A stretch of 64,000 bases of DNA. Source: an uncultured Pelagibacteraceae bacterium (GTDB lineage Bacteria > Pseudomonadota > Alphaproteobacteria > Pelagibacterales > AG-422-B15). The first letter of the stretch is position 1. Each line of letters begins with the position of its first letter. Location of the stretch: positions 107,772-171,771 of the forward strand of contig CACMBZ010000001.1 in NCBI GenBank assembly GCA_902612095.1. The letters are read 5' to 3'. This document shows positions 28,770 to 37,734 of this stretch, in pieces. The notes beneath the pieces are model-generated. The model did not search any database. It was not told where the DNA came from and saw only the letters and a list, made by a program, of their open reading frames with translations. The translations under genes were made by a program, and so were the position numbers.

Positions 28770-29786
28770 CTACGATTTATAAAAAGATGTTGTTAGTGCT
28801 ATTTTTCCAGTAGCCTTACGAGCTAGGATGGTCTCCAAAGCCTGTTGACCCTTTTCAAGCGGCAACACTTCAGTTACTGGGGCTTTTAATTTTCCCTCTT
28901 CATACCAACCAGTAAGTTGGTTCATATTGGCTAAATGCTCCTGTGGCTCTAAAGCTGTAAATTGACCCCAAAATACACCAACAGCAGAACAGCCCTTAAT
29001 CAGGTAAAGATTCATTGGTATTTTTGGAATATAGCCCGCAGCCCAACCTATTACCAAAAATCTTCCATTCCATGCAATACTTCGTAAAGCGGGCTCAGTG
29101 AAATCTGCTCCAACCGGGTCATAAATCACATCGGGTCCTTTGCCACCAGTTGCTTTTGAAATTTCTGCTCTAAATTCTTTCACATGATCTCGATTGGTTA
29201 AATCATACTTCCCATAATTAATAACTTCGTCAGCTCCATACTCTTTGCATACTTCTAATTTTTCATCAGAAGACGCACCAGCAATAACTCTGGCACCCAT
29301 TGCTTTTCCAATTTCAACAGCTGATATACCAACACCACCTGCAGCACCTAGGACAAGTAAATTTTCACCCTCTTTAAGCTGACCACGATTTTTTAGAGCG
29401 TAGTGTGATGTACCGTAGGTTAATGTAAAACAAGAAGCGGTGGTAAAATCCATACTACTTGGTTTTCGAAATATATTAGATGGACTTGTTATTACTTGTT
29501 CCCTAAAACCACCAAAGCCTATCATAGCAACGACCTCATCACCAACCTTCCAATCAGAAACGCTTTCACCTGTCGCACTAATGACTCCTGAGATTTCACC
29601 ACCTGGCGAAAAAGGTAGAGGAGGTTTAACTTGATATTTATCTTGAATAATTAAAGTGTCTGGAAAATTGACTCCAGCAGAGTGTACATCTATCTGTATT
29701 TGACTTTTTTTAAGTTCAGGTAACTCAACATCTTCGTAAACTAGCGAGCTTGGTGGGCCAAATTCTTTACAAACAATTGCTTTCAT
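28770..29786 (-). CDS. NADPH:quinone oxidoreductase (zeta-crystallin/MDR family)
   Basis: GVNFPD, PFSPGGEISG, LGAAGGVG, DPVG. Confidence 0.92.
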   Translation of the reverse strand: MKAIVCKEFGPPSSLVYEDVELPELKKSQIQIDVHSAGVNFPDTLIIQDKYQVKPPLPFSPGGEISGVISATGESVSDWKVGDEVVAMIGFGGFREQVITSPSNIFRKPSSMDFTTASCFTLTYGTSHYALKNRGQLKEGENLLVLGAAGGVGISAVEIGKAMGARVIAGASSDEKLEVCKEYGADEVINYGKYDLTNRDHVKEFRAEISKATGGKGPDVIYDPVGADFTEPALRSIAWNGRFLVIGWAAGYIPKIPMNLYLIKGCSAVGVFWGQFTALEPQEHLANMNQLTGWYEEGKLKAPVTEVLPLEKGQQALETILARKATGKIALTTSFYKS

Positions 29787-29816
29787 AATTGTGAATCTCG
29801 ATATAAATTAGCGAAT

Positions 29817-30335
29817 ATGAAATTAATAAATTTCAAACTTATTCTATCAATTTTACTGTTGAGTTCAATAAGTGCTTTTGCAGTAATTGATGTCGTGCAT
29901 CTGGGCTCATTTGGCAAAAGTGGCGCATGGCAAGCTAAAGAGTTTAAAGATGGTACAGCAAAGATTTGCTATATCATATCAGAGCCGATAGCGACGAACC
30001 CGTCCGATCTTAATCGTGGCGAGCACGCTCTGATGATCACAAATTTCAAAGATGATAAGACTTTTCATGAACCAAGTGTAGATACAGGTTTTACTTTCAA
30101 ACCTAAGAGTATGGTCGAAGTAAGTATTGGTAGTAGTAAGTATAAATTTTTTACAGTTGAATCAAGAGCTTGGTTAGCAGATGGAGAGAACGGCAAACAA
30201 CTAATTAAAGATATGAAAAATGGAGCACGCGTAAAAGTTAAAAGCACCTCAAGCCGTGGAACAAAAATTACAGATACATATTCTTTAATAGGATTCACAA
30301 AAGCATTAGCAGCAATCGATAAAGCCTGCTCTTAA
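29817..30335 (+). CDS. IalB (invasion-associated locus B) family exported protein
   Basis: Signal peptide; W...CY.IS.P...SSRGT...DTYSLIGFTKA...C pattern; upstream of rlmN. Confidence 0.85.
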   Translation: MKLINFKLILSILLLSSISAFAVIDVVHLGSFGKSGAWQAKEFKDGTAKICYIISEPIATNPSDLNRGEHALMITNFKDDKTFHEPSVDTGFTFKPKSMVEVSIGSSKYKFFTVESRAWLADGENGKQLIKDMKNGARVKVKSTSSRGTKITDTYSLIGFTKALAAIDKACS

Positions 30336-30341
30336 AATACA

Positions 30342-31439
30342 ATGACAGAAGATAAACTCGACTTAATAGGATTAAGTCTTAATGAAATATCTGAAACTTT
30401 AATTAATAAAGATTTAATACAGGCTAAAGAAAAATTCAGATCTAAACAACTTTGGCATTGGCTTTATTTTAGAGGTGAAACTGAGTTTGACAAAATGACG
30501 ACAGTTTCAAAAGACCTTAGAAAAAAACTAAAAGATCATTTTGTAATTCAAAGACCAAAAGTAAAATCACATCAAATATCAAAAGATGGAACACAAAAAT
30601 GGCTTTTAGAATTAAATGATAGCAACTTAATTGAAACGGTCTTTATACCTGAAGAAAATCGGGGAACGTTATGTGTTTCATCACAAGTTGGTTGCACACT
30701 GAATTGTAAGTTTTGCTTTACCGGAACACAAAAACTGGTTCGAAATTTAACATCTAGTGAAATTATTTCACAGCTTCTTTTGGCAAAGGACAATCTTTCA
30801 GATTGGCCGAATGGAAAAGATCGCAAAATTTCAAATATTGTATTTATGGGTATGGGAGAGCCTCTCTATAATTATGAAAATGTTAAAAATGCCGCTGAAA
30901 TTATGGGAGACAAAGAGGGTATACAATTGTCTACTAAGAGAATTACCCTGAGTACTTCAGGCATTGTTCCTGAAATTATTAGATGGGGTAATGAAGTTGA
31001 CTCAAGATTGGCAATTTCTTTGCACGCAACAAACGATGAGTTGAGAAATGATATTGTTCCTATAAATAAGAAGTTTCCTCTTAAAGAGCTTATAAAGGCG
31101 TGCAGAGAATATCCTCGATCAAAAAATTCTAAACGAATAACTTTTGAATATGTCATGTTAAAGGGAGTAAATGATACAGCGCAAGATGCCCGTAAACTTG
31201 TTAAGCTAATTTCTGGGATTCCTGCAAAAATAAATCTTATCCCTTTTAATCCTTGGCCCAATTCGCCTTACGAATGCTCTAGTAAGCAAGAAATCAAGAA
31301 ATTTAGTGACATAATTAAAAATGCAGGTTATGCAAGCCCAGTTAGAAAAACAAGGGGACAAGATATTATGGCTGCGTGTGGTCAATTAAAATCCTCTAGT
31401 ATAAAAATTAGAAAAAGTGAACTCAGGGCGAATGGATAA
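30342..31439 (+). CDS. rlmN: 23S rRNA m2A2503 methyltransferase RlmN
   Basis: [28 protein letters not shown]. Confidence 0.98.
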   Translation: MTEDKLDLIGLSLNEISETLINKDLIQAKEKFRSKQLWHWLYFRGETEFDKMTTVSKDLRKKLKDHFVIQRPKVKSHQISKDGTQKWLLELNDSNLIETVFIPEENRGTLCVSSQVGCTLNCKFCFTGTQKLVRNLTSSEIISQLLLAKDNLSDWPNGKDRKISNIVFMGMGEPLYNYENVKNAAEIMGDKEGIQLSTKRITLSTSGIVPEIIRWGNEVDSRLAISLHATNDELRNDIVPINKKFPLKELIKACREYPRSKNSKRITFEYVMLKGVNDTAQDARKLVKLISGIPAKINLIPFNPWPNSPYECSSKQEIKKFSDIIKNAGYASPVRKTRGQDIMAACGQLKSSSIKIRKSELRANG

Positions 31440-32625
31440 AATAAATAAGGTTGTTCTTGCATACTCGGGCGGTTTAGACACATCAGTAATTTTAAGGTGG
31501 CTGAAAGAAACGTATCAATGTGAAGTGGCAACTTTTACAGCAAATCTAGGTCAAGATGAAGACTATGATTTAGTAAAAGCAAAGGCTGAAAAGCAAGGAA
31601 CAAAAGAAATATTTATCGAAGACCTTAAAGAAGAATTTGTAAGTGATTATGTCTTCCCAATGTTTAGGGCCAATCCTCTTTATGAGGGCTACTACTTACT
31701 CGGTACTTCTATCGCAAGACCTCTAATTGCAAAAAAACAAATAGAAATTGCCAATCAGATTAATGCCGATGCGGTATCCCATGGTGCAACAGGAAAAGGA
31801 AACGATCAAATAAGATTTGAGCTTGGATACTATTATCATAAGCCTGATATAAAAATAATCAGTCCTTGGAGAGAGTGGGATTTATCATCAAGAACATCAC
31901 TTGTCGAATATGCTGATAAGCACGGGATTGAAATAGCAAAAGATAAAAGAGGGGAACAACCATTCAGTATTGATGAAAATATTTTACACTCTTCAGCAGA
32001 AGGAAAAGTTCTTGAAGATCCATGGGTCGAAGCGCCTGATTATGTTTATACCAGAAGTGTTTCACCTGAAGAGGCGCCTGATAAAGCAGAGGAAATAACG
32101 ATTGAATTTAAGAAAGGTGACGCCTGCGCACTGAACGGAAAGGCTTTAACGCCGTTTGAAATATTAAAATCTCTTAATGAGCTTGGTGGAAAACATGGAA
32201 TTGGACGAGTTGATCTTGTTGAAAATAGATACATTGGCATGAAATCTAGAGGAATTTATGAAACTCCTGGTGGAACCATTCTCTATCACGCACACAGAGC
32301 AATAGAGAGCATTACACTTGATAAAGAGGCTGCGCATATGAAAGACGAGTTGGCGCCTAAATATGCTGAACTTGTCTATAATGGTTATTGGTTCTCTCCT
32401 GAGAGAGAGATGATGCAATCAATGATTGATAAATCACAAGAAAAAGTGGAGGGTAAAGTAAGACTTAAACTCTTTAAAGGTAATACAATGATTACCGGAA
32501 GGGAGTCGTCTTTAAGCCTGTACAATCCAAATCTTGCAACATTTGAGACAGATCAAGTATATTCTCAAAAAGATGCTGAAGGCTTTATAAAATTAAATGC
32601 TCTTAGATTAAGAGAAAAAAAATAA
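31432..32625 (+). CDS. argG: Argininosuccinate synthase (ATG at 31432 preferred)
   Basis: [32 protein letters not shown]. Confidence 0.99.
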   Translation: MDKINKVVLAYSGGLDTSVILRWLKETYQCEVATFTANLGQDEDYDLVKAKAEKQGTKEIFIEDLKEEFVSDYVFPMFRANPLYEGYYLLGTSIARPLIAKKQIEIANQINADAVSHGATGKGNDQIRFELGYYYHKPDIKIISPWREWDLSSRTSLVEYADKHGIEIAKDKRGEQPFSIDENILHSSAEGKVLEDPWVEAPDYVYTRSVSPEEAPDKAEEITIEFKKGDACALNGKALTPFEILKSLNELGGKHGIGRVDLVENRYIGMKSRGIYETPGGTILYHAHRAIESITLDKEAAHMKDELAPKYAELVYNGYWFSPEREMMQSMIDKSQEKVEGKVRLKLFKGNTMITGRESSLSLYNPNLATFETDQVYSQKDAEGFIKLNALRLREKK

Positions 32626-32626
32626 G

Positions 32627-33511
32627 CTACTGCTGTCTAAAAGCAGCATCTACCGTATTTTTTAATAAACACGCAATGGTCATCGGACCTACACCACCAG
32701 GGACGGGTGTAATTGCTGACACAAGACTGAATACATCATCGTAATCAACATCTCCAACAAGCTTTGTTTTGCCAGGTTTATCTGGATGGTCTACTCGATT
32801 AATACCAACATCAATCACGACAGCTCCTTCTTTAATCCAATCTTTTTTAACCATTAAGGGACGTCCAACTGCAGCAACAACAATATCAGCCTGTTTTGTA
32901 ATTTCTTCAATATTTCTGGTTTTAGAATGTACTATTGTAACAGTACATGATTCTTCAAGAAGTAGTTGCGCCATTGGTTTACCAACAATATTAGATCGTC
33001 CAATAATTACAGCGTGCATCCCTTTTAAATCAGGAATACTTTTCTTAAGCATTAAATAACATCCAAGTGGTGTGCATGGAGTAAAGGTTTTACTCAACAA
33101 GTCACCTCCTATTGAATTTCTGCCAACATTTATAGCATGAAAACCATCAGCGTCTTTTACTGGATCAATTGCGTCAATAATAGCCCTTGAGTCAATGTGT
33201 GATGGAAGTGGCAATTGGACAAGAATTCCATTTACTTTTTGATCATTATTAAGCTTATCAATTAATTCCAAAAGCTTTTCTTCAGACACTGTGACATCGA
33301 GAAAGTGATCCTCGACATCCATTCCTATCTCTTTGGCCATTTTAGACTTTGTATTAACATAAACTTGGCTTGCTGGATCTTCACCCACAAGCACAACAGC
33401 AAGAGTCGGTGTTTTGTTAAATTTATTTTTAAAATCTTCAACTTTGATGGCTGTTTCAGCTCTAAGATCAGCCGCAATTACTTTTCCATCGATAATTTTT
33501 GCATCTGACAT
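32627..33511 (-). CDS. folD: Methylenetetrahydrofolate dehydrogenase/cyclohydrolase
   Basis: [35 protein letters not shown]. Confidence 0.99.
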   Translation of the reverse strand: MSDAKIIDGKVIAADLRAETAIKVEDFKNKFNKTPTLAVVLVGEDPASQVYVNTKSKMAKEIGMDVEDHFLDVTVSEEKLLELIDKLNNDQKVNGILVQLPLPSHIDSRAIIDAIDPVKDADGFHAINVGRNSIGGDLLSKTFTPCTPLGCYLMLKKSIPDLKGMHAVIIGRSNIVGKPMAQLLLEESCTVTIVHSKTRNIEEITKQADIVVAAVGRPLMVKKDWIKEGAVVIDVGINRVDHPDKPGKTKLVGDVDYDDVFSLVSAITPVPGGVGPMTIACLLKNTVDAAFRQQ

Positions 33512-33513
33512 AT

Positions 33514-33807
33514 TTAAATTGGAATTCCTAAGTAGAAATATTCGTAAAGTAAGTTTCTTATAAAGTAAAGTATCAGGATTAAGACTACTGGCGAAATATC
33601 AATCCCTCCTAGATTTGGAAGAAAATTTCTTATTGGATTAAGAAGAGGATCTGTTAGTCGTTTTGTTCCAAAATAAATTGCAATAATAATTCTATTCTGA
33701 GTATTAAAAATACTCATTGCAATTAACCAACTGAATATCACATTAATGATCAAGACCCAGGTGTAAAGATTTATAATTTGGTCAAAGAGAATTATGAGTG
33801 AGTTCAT
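33514..33807 (-). CDS. YggT family membrane protein
   Basis: [23 protein letters not shown]. Confidence 0.93.
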   Translation of the reverse strand: MNSLIILFDQIINLYTWVLIINVIFSWLIAMSIFNTQNRIIIAIYFGTKRLTDPLLNPIRNFLPNLGGIDISPVVLILILYFIRNLLYEYFYLGIPI

Positions 33808-34499
33808 GATTTATCTATAAGAAAATAATTATCTAAAAAAGAGTCTAACCACATATTGATTTTTTTACCATGGCTAAGTCTTTGATGCATTTGATATTGA
33901 CGTTTTTGAGCACCTTTTTCTCTTAACATATAACCTGCATAATACAGCCATCGCAAATGCATTTTAAGATTTACCTCTGGGTGGAATTGAATGCCCACAG
34001 CATTCTCATACTTGAATGCTTGTTGCGGAAAAGTTTCACCGTATGCAAGAACATCACATTCTTTTGGTACCTTAAAGCCCTCTTTATGCCATTGAAAAAA
34101 TGTTTTTTGATTTTGAAATATTTTGTGACCATCTCCAGTTGGTTGTAGGTCATAAAATCCAATTTCAAATTGTTGATCCTTGGCACGCTGGACGGTTCCA
34201 CCTAAGTTTTTTGCAAGCATCTGGGCTCCAAGACATATACCAAGCAATGGTTTTTTTGACTCTAAAGCAACTGTAATCCAATCGATTTCAAGTTTTATAT
34301 AATCTAAATTATCATTGGCACTTGGTGGCCCACCATAAATGACTGCAACATCATGGTCATTCATCGAGTCGGGTAGTTTTTCACCAATGACTGGTCGGCG
34401 AACGTCCAATTCATAACCTCTGTCGCGTAATTTTAATCCTACGTCACCTGTACTTGATCGAGGCTGATGTACAATCATTAATGCTTTTTTTGACTTCAT
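33804..34499 (-). CDS. Stand-alone class I glutamine amidotransferase (ATG at 34499 preferred)
   Basis: GGPPSAND, LGICLGAQ, QWH, QFHPE (Cys-His-Glu triad). Confidence 0.9.
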   Translation of the reverse strand: MKSKKALMIVHQPRSSTGDVGLKLRDRGYELDVRRPVIGEKLPDSMNDHDVAVIYGGPPSANDNLDYIKLEIDWITVALESKKPLLGICLGAQMLAKNLGGTVQRAKDQQFEIGFYDLQPTGDGHKIFQNQKTFFQWHKEGFKVPKECDVLAYGETFPQQAFKYENAVGIQFHPEVNLKMHLRWLYYAGYMLREKGAQKRQYQMHQRLSHGKKINMWLDSFLDNYFLIDKS

Positions 34500-34515
34500 T
34501 GTTACAGGAACGAAA

Positions 34516-35286
34516 TTACATTGCGCTGAGACCGCCATCAAGAACAATTTCTGTTCCTGTCATAAATTTTGACTCATCAGATGCTAAGTATAATATTGCA
34601 TAAGAAACATCGTCAGTGTCACCTATTTTATTCATTGGTATTTGACGAGACAGCTTTGCTACTGCTTTTTCAGCGCCAAATGCTTGCTTGATTGGATCTA
34701 GAATTGGTGTATTTACAAAAGCTGGATGAACTGAGTTGCAGCGAACATCATATCCTTTTTTTGCGCAATACAATGCTACTGATTTACTCAATAAGCGAAC
34801 ACCTGCTTTTGATGAATTATAGGCAGCAGTATTCCAGCCCGCAACAATTCCAGAAATGGATGAAATATTTATAATTGAACCTTGTCCAGATTTACTCATT
34901 ACTGGAATAGCATATTTACATCCCAAAAAGACACTATCTAAGTTAACTTGATGAACTTTTTTCCATACATCAAATTCAGTTGAAACAATATCAGCACCAA
35001 GCGAAATCCCAGCGCTGTTAATAAGAATATTAATTTTGCCAAATTCATTTTCTGTTTTTTCTATTAAATCGATCCAAGCCTGCTCGTTTGTAACGTCATG
35101 AACAAATGTACCAAATTGGGTCTGGCTGAAATCCTTGAGTCTCTCAGGCATTGTGCTCAGCATCTCCTTATTGATGTCTGAGAGCATGACTTTAGCGCCT
35201 TCACTCATTAATTTCACTGCCGCAGCATAACCTAATCCAGAGGCGGCTCCTGTAATAATTGCAACCTTACCTTCTACACGTGACAT
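34516..35286 (-). CDS. Classical SDR of the 3beta/17beta-hydroxysteroid / cyclopentanol dehydrogenase-like group
   Basis: TGAASGLG, NISS, YNSSK, KSVALYCAKKGYDVRCNSVHP. Confidence 0.8.
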   Translation of the reverse strand: MSRVEGKVAIITGAASGLGYAAAVKLMSEGAKVMLSDINKEMLSTMPERLKDFSQTQFGTFVHDVTNEQAWIDLIEKTENEFGKINILINSAGISLGADIVSTEFDVWKKVHQVNLDSVFLGCKYAIPVMSKSGQGSIINISSISGIVAGWNTAAYNSSKAGVRLLSKSVALYCAKKGYDVRCNSVHPAFVNTPILDPIKQAFGAEKAVAKLSRQIPMNKIGDTDDVSYAILYLASDESKFMTGTEIVLDGGLSAM

Positions 35287-36416
35287 TAATTAATGCTTAT
35301 TTCGTAAAATGTATCCTGTGAAGTTGAATCTTCTGATACAAAATTTTGATAGCATTCTTGCATACTATGTTTACGCATACCACTTTCTCCGGCAATGAGA
35401 AAAGTATCAATGCTTAATGGAATAACAGATGTATTGCTTAGACGGTCTGAACGAACACACGTCTTTATAGTTTTTTCTCTTACCATATCAATAACACTTA
35501 TAACACCACCGTTGCCACTTATAACAATTCTTCCGTCATCTAATAAATTGGCATTTGTTAAGCTATTTTTTGTTCCTATAAATAAATCATCAAAAGCATA
35601 AATTTTACAATCGCCACGGTAGTATCCTGATTCATAGCATGCTATTGCAGTTTCTTTTTCTGGTGGAACGGGATCATTTAATTCATAGAGGGTAGCGAGT
35701 GTGATATTGCCTGACATGCCAAGTAGTAATGATTGTCCCTCATCTACCTTTATTCCTGACCAATACGAGCCAATGTAACCAGTTTCAATTGCAAGCCAAT
35801 TCAGTCCTCGATCGTCCGTTACATAATACTTGCCCAGCTCTCCGACCGCATAGCCCTCATCTTGAGCTGACTTTCTCCACGCTTGGTTATCTCCATAAGT
35901 GTAATTGAGATGAGGTTGGAATTCATCATCATCAATAAATAAATAATCCCAACTAATTCCACCATTTGCTGTTCTTAGTGATAATGCAAACGCGCCAATC
36001 GCAACACCTTCGTAATCATCATACATGTGAATTGAGAGAAATGGTGCATCAAACTCAACATCTTGGTACTGTATCTGCCAGGTTTTACCGGCATCAAATG
36101 AGTGAAGAATAGTAGCGTCATGACCTGTGGCCCAACATTTATTTTGCGTTGGACAACTTATGTCAGTTAATGTTTTTGTAAATGGAACTTCATCAGCTTG
36201 TGTCCACGTCTCTCCTTCATCGTCTGAATAAACGATTATTCCGTGGACACCAACGCCAAATATCCTATCTCCAGATTTCTCTAACGCATTGATTAATGCT
36301 TTATGTGCATTTGGAGATTTTGCAGCAAATTCACTTCCAAAATTAAATTGTGAAGAATAAGAAAGATTTGTTAATAATAACAAATTTAGAATAATTATAA
36401 TTAATTTTGTTCTCAT
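35286..36416 (-). CDS. YCF48-like / BNR (Asp-box) beta-propeller exported protein
   Basis: VGVHGIIVYSDDEGETW, GHDATILHSFDAGKTW, TANGGISW, TDDRGLNW. Confidence 0.88.
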   Translation of the reverse strand: MRTKLIIIILNLLLLTNLSYSSQFNFGSEFAAKSPNAHKALINALEKSGDRIFGVGVHGIIVYSDDEGETWTQADEVPFTKTLTDISCPTQNKCWATGHDATILHSFDAGKTWQIQYQDVEFDAPFLSIHMYDDYEGVAIGAFALSLRTANGGISWDYLFIDDDEFQPHLNYTYGDNQAWRKSAQDEGYAVGELGKYYVTDDRGLNWLAIETGYIGSYWSGIKVDEGQSLLLGMSGNITLATLYELNDPVPPEKETAIACYESGYYRGDCKIYAFDDLFIGTKNSLTNANLLDDGRIVISGNGGVISVIDMVREKTIKTCVRSDRLSNTSVIPLSIDTFLIAGESGMRKHSMQECYQNFVSEDSTSQDTFYEISIN

Positions 36417-36423
36417 AGCCCAT

Positions 36424-36470
36424 ATTAAAAATTAAAACCCGACCTAAAATTTTCAAGTCGGGTTTTAAAT
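36424..36470 (-). terminator. Rho-independent terminator between the DUF1329 and YCF48-like genes
   Basis: TTAAAACCCGAC (36432-36443) pairs perfectly with GTCGGGTTTTAA (36457-36468); on the minus strand the stem is followed by TTTTAATTTTT. Confidence 0.85.
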
Positions 36471-36496
36471 TAATGATAGTAAAAGGTATTGTGCCT

Positions 36497-37714
36497 TTAC
36501 CTAGCGTAACGTCTTAGACCGTCTGGGGTAAAGAAGCTAGCAGGCTTTTCTTCACCATTATAAATGGTAGGAACTGTACTAAACCCAGATCCTATTTGAT
36601 TGTTACCTGTGTATGTTCTGGTTGCAAAGTCAAACGTGAACTCACCCTGAGAAGCACATTCGCCAGCACCCGTGCCTTCGACACCAGTCATCATTGTACC
36701 GATTTGGTGTCTCATAAGTTCGCCGTTGTCATCATATGCATCCATAATTGAGAGCATATTGAAATCATCATCCATTACATAGAATGTTCTAGATGCGTAA
36801 AGGTGTCTTTGACCAGGCTTAAGATTTGCGTGAACCACGTGAACATCTCTTTCTTCATAACGCACATAATCAGGATTTAAATGATTTTGCATATGTGTTG
36901 TTTCGATTGCATTTTCAGCTAGTGATTCGTTGCCAGCAGGTACAATCATTTTTCTCGTACCTTCATATGACCAGTCATATTTATCCTGAGCGCCATTAAA
37001 TCCGCCATACTGGTCAACAACGACTATACCACCACCAGCAAGAAGTACTGTGTCATAAGTAATATCAGGTGCTCTTCTCACACGTCTTGTTGCAGGGTTG
37101 TACTGCCATGCTTTACGCGGTTGCACATAACTGTCAATAAAATCGTGTACAAGAGTCGTAGTACCAGCTGATCTTGGTGGACCTAAGTTTTTCTGCATGA
37201 ACATCGCATAAATGTTTTTGTCAGCATATTGCGAAACCGTGTTTGGATTCCTTGGGTACACAATATTTGTTTCTTGCTGACCGATAATTATTGATCCATC
37301 AGCTTGAACGTTGGTAGAGGTTGCAACACGAAACATTGCTGAAGTGTTACTTGAATTTAATCTGGTGTTCCAGATTAAGTGTTGAGCTTCTGATGGGTCA
37401 GGGAAAGGAAGCTGACCCATATTAGGAACTTCAATACCTTCATTGTCATTGACCATCGAACCGTTTGTCTGAGAAATAGCTTTAATCTCAGGTGGTATCT
37501 GACAATCAGCACCAGTTTCATACACGTGAATTTTGTAAGTTTCCGGATACGCTGAGAACATAGTCAACTGTCCTGGAGACAACATGTCAGTGTATGATGT
37601 ATAATTAGAACTATCTACAGTGTACTTGTGTCCATCTGCTATAACTGATGTCGCAGACAGTCCCAAAGCAGCAACCAATGAGATAATTAATTTTTTTATA
37701 TTCATTTTATTCAT
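36497..37714 (-). CDS. DUF1329 family periplasmic protein
   Basis: LSPGQ..MF..YP, PFP.P, PRKAWQYNPATRRVRRAP, PGQRHLYASR.FY, FTPDGLRR; GGGAGAGG Shine-Dalgarno. Confidence 0.9.
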   Translation of the reverse strand: MNKMNIKKLIISLVAALGLSATSVIADGHKYTVDSSNYTSYTDMLSPGQLTMFSAYPETYKIHVYETGADCQIPPEIKAISQTNGSMVNDNEGIEVPNMGQLPFPDPSEAQHLIWNTRLNSSNTSAMFRVATSTNVQADGSIIIGQQETNIVYPRNPNTVSQYADKNIYAMFMQKNLGPPRSAGTTTLVHDFIDSYVQPRKAWQYNPATRRVRRAPDITYDTVLLAGGGIVVVDQYGGFNGAQDKYDWSYEGTRKMIVPAGNESLAENAIETTHMQNHLNPDYVRYEERDVHVVHANLKPGQRHLYASRTFYVMDDDFNMLSIMDAYDDNGELMRHQIGTMMTGVEGTGAGECASQGEFTFDFATRTYTGNNQIGSGFSTVPTIYNGEEKPASFFTPDGLRRYAR

Positions 37715-37734
37715 TTTTGGTTCCTCTCCCTAAA

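Noticed and set aside
29817-30335. IalB as a virulence factor
   Set aside because: Widespread alphaproteobacterial periplasmic family routinely found before rlmN
35286-36416. YCF48-like gene as evidence of photosystem II
   Set aside because: Generic BNR propeller in the DUF1302/DUF1329 context; no photosynthesis genes in the window
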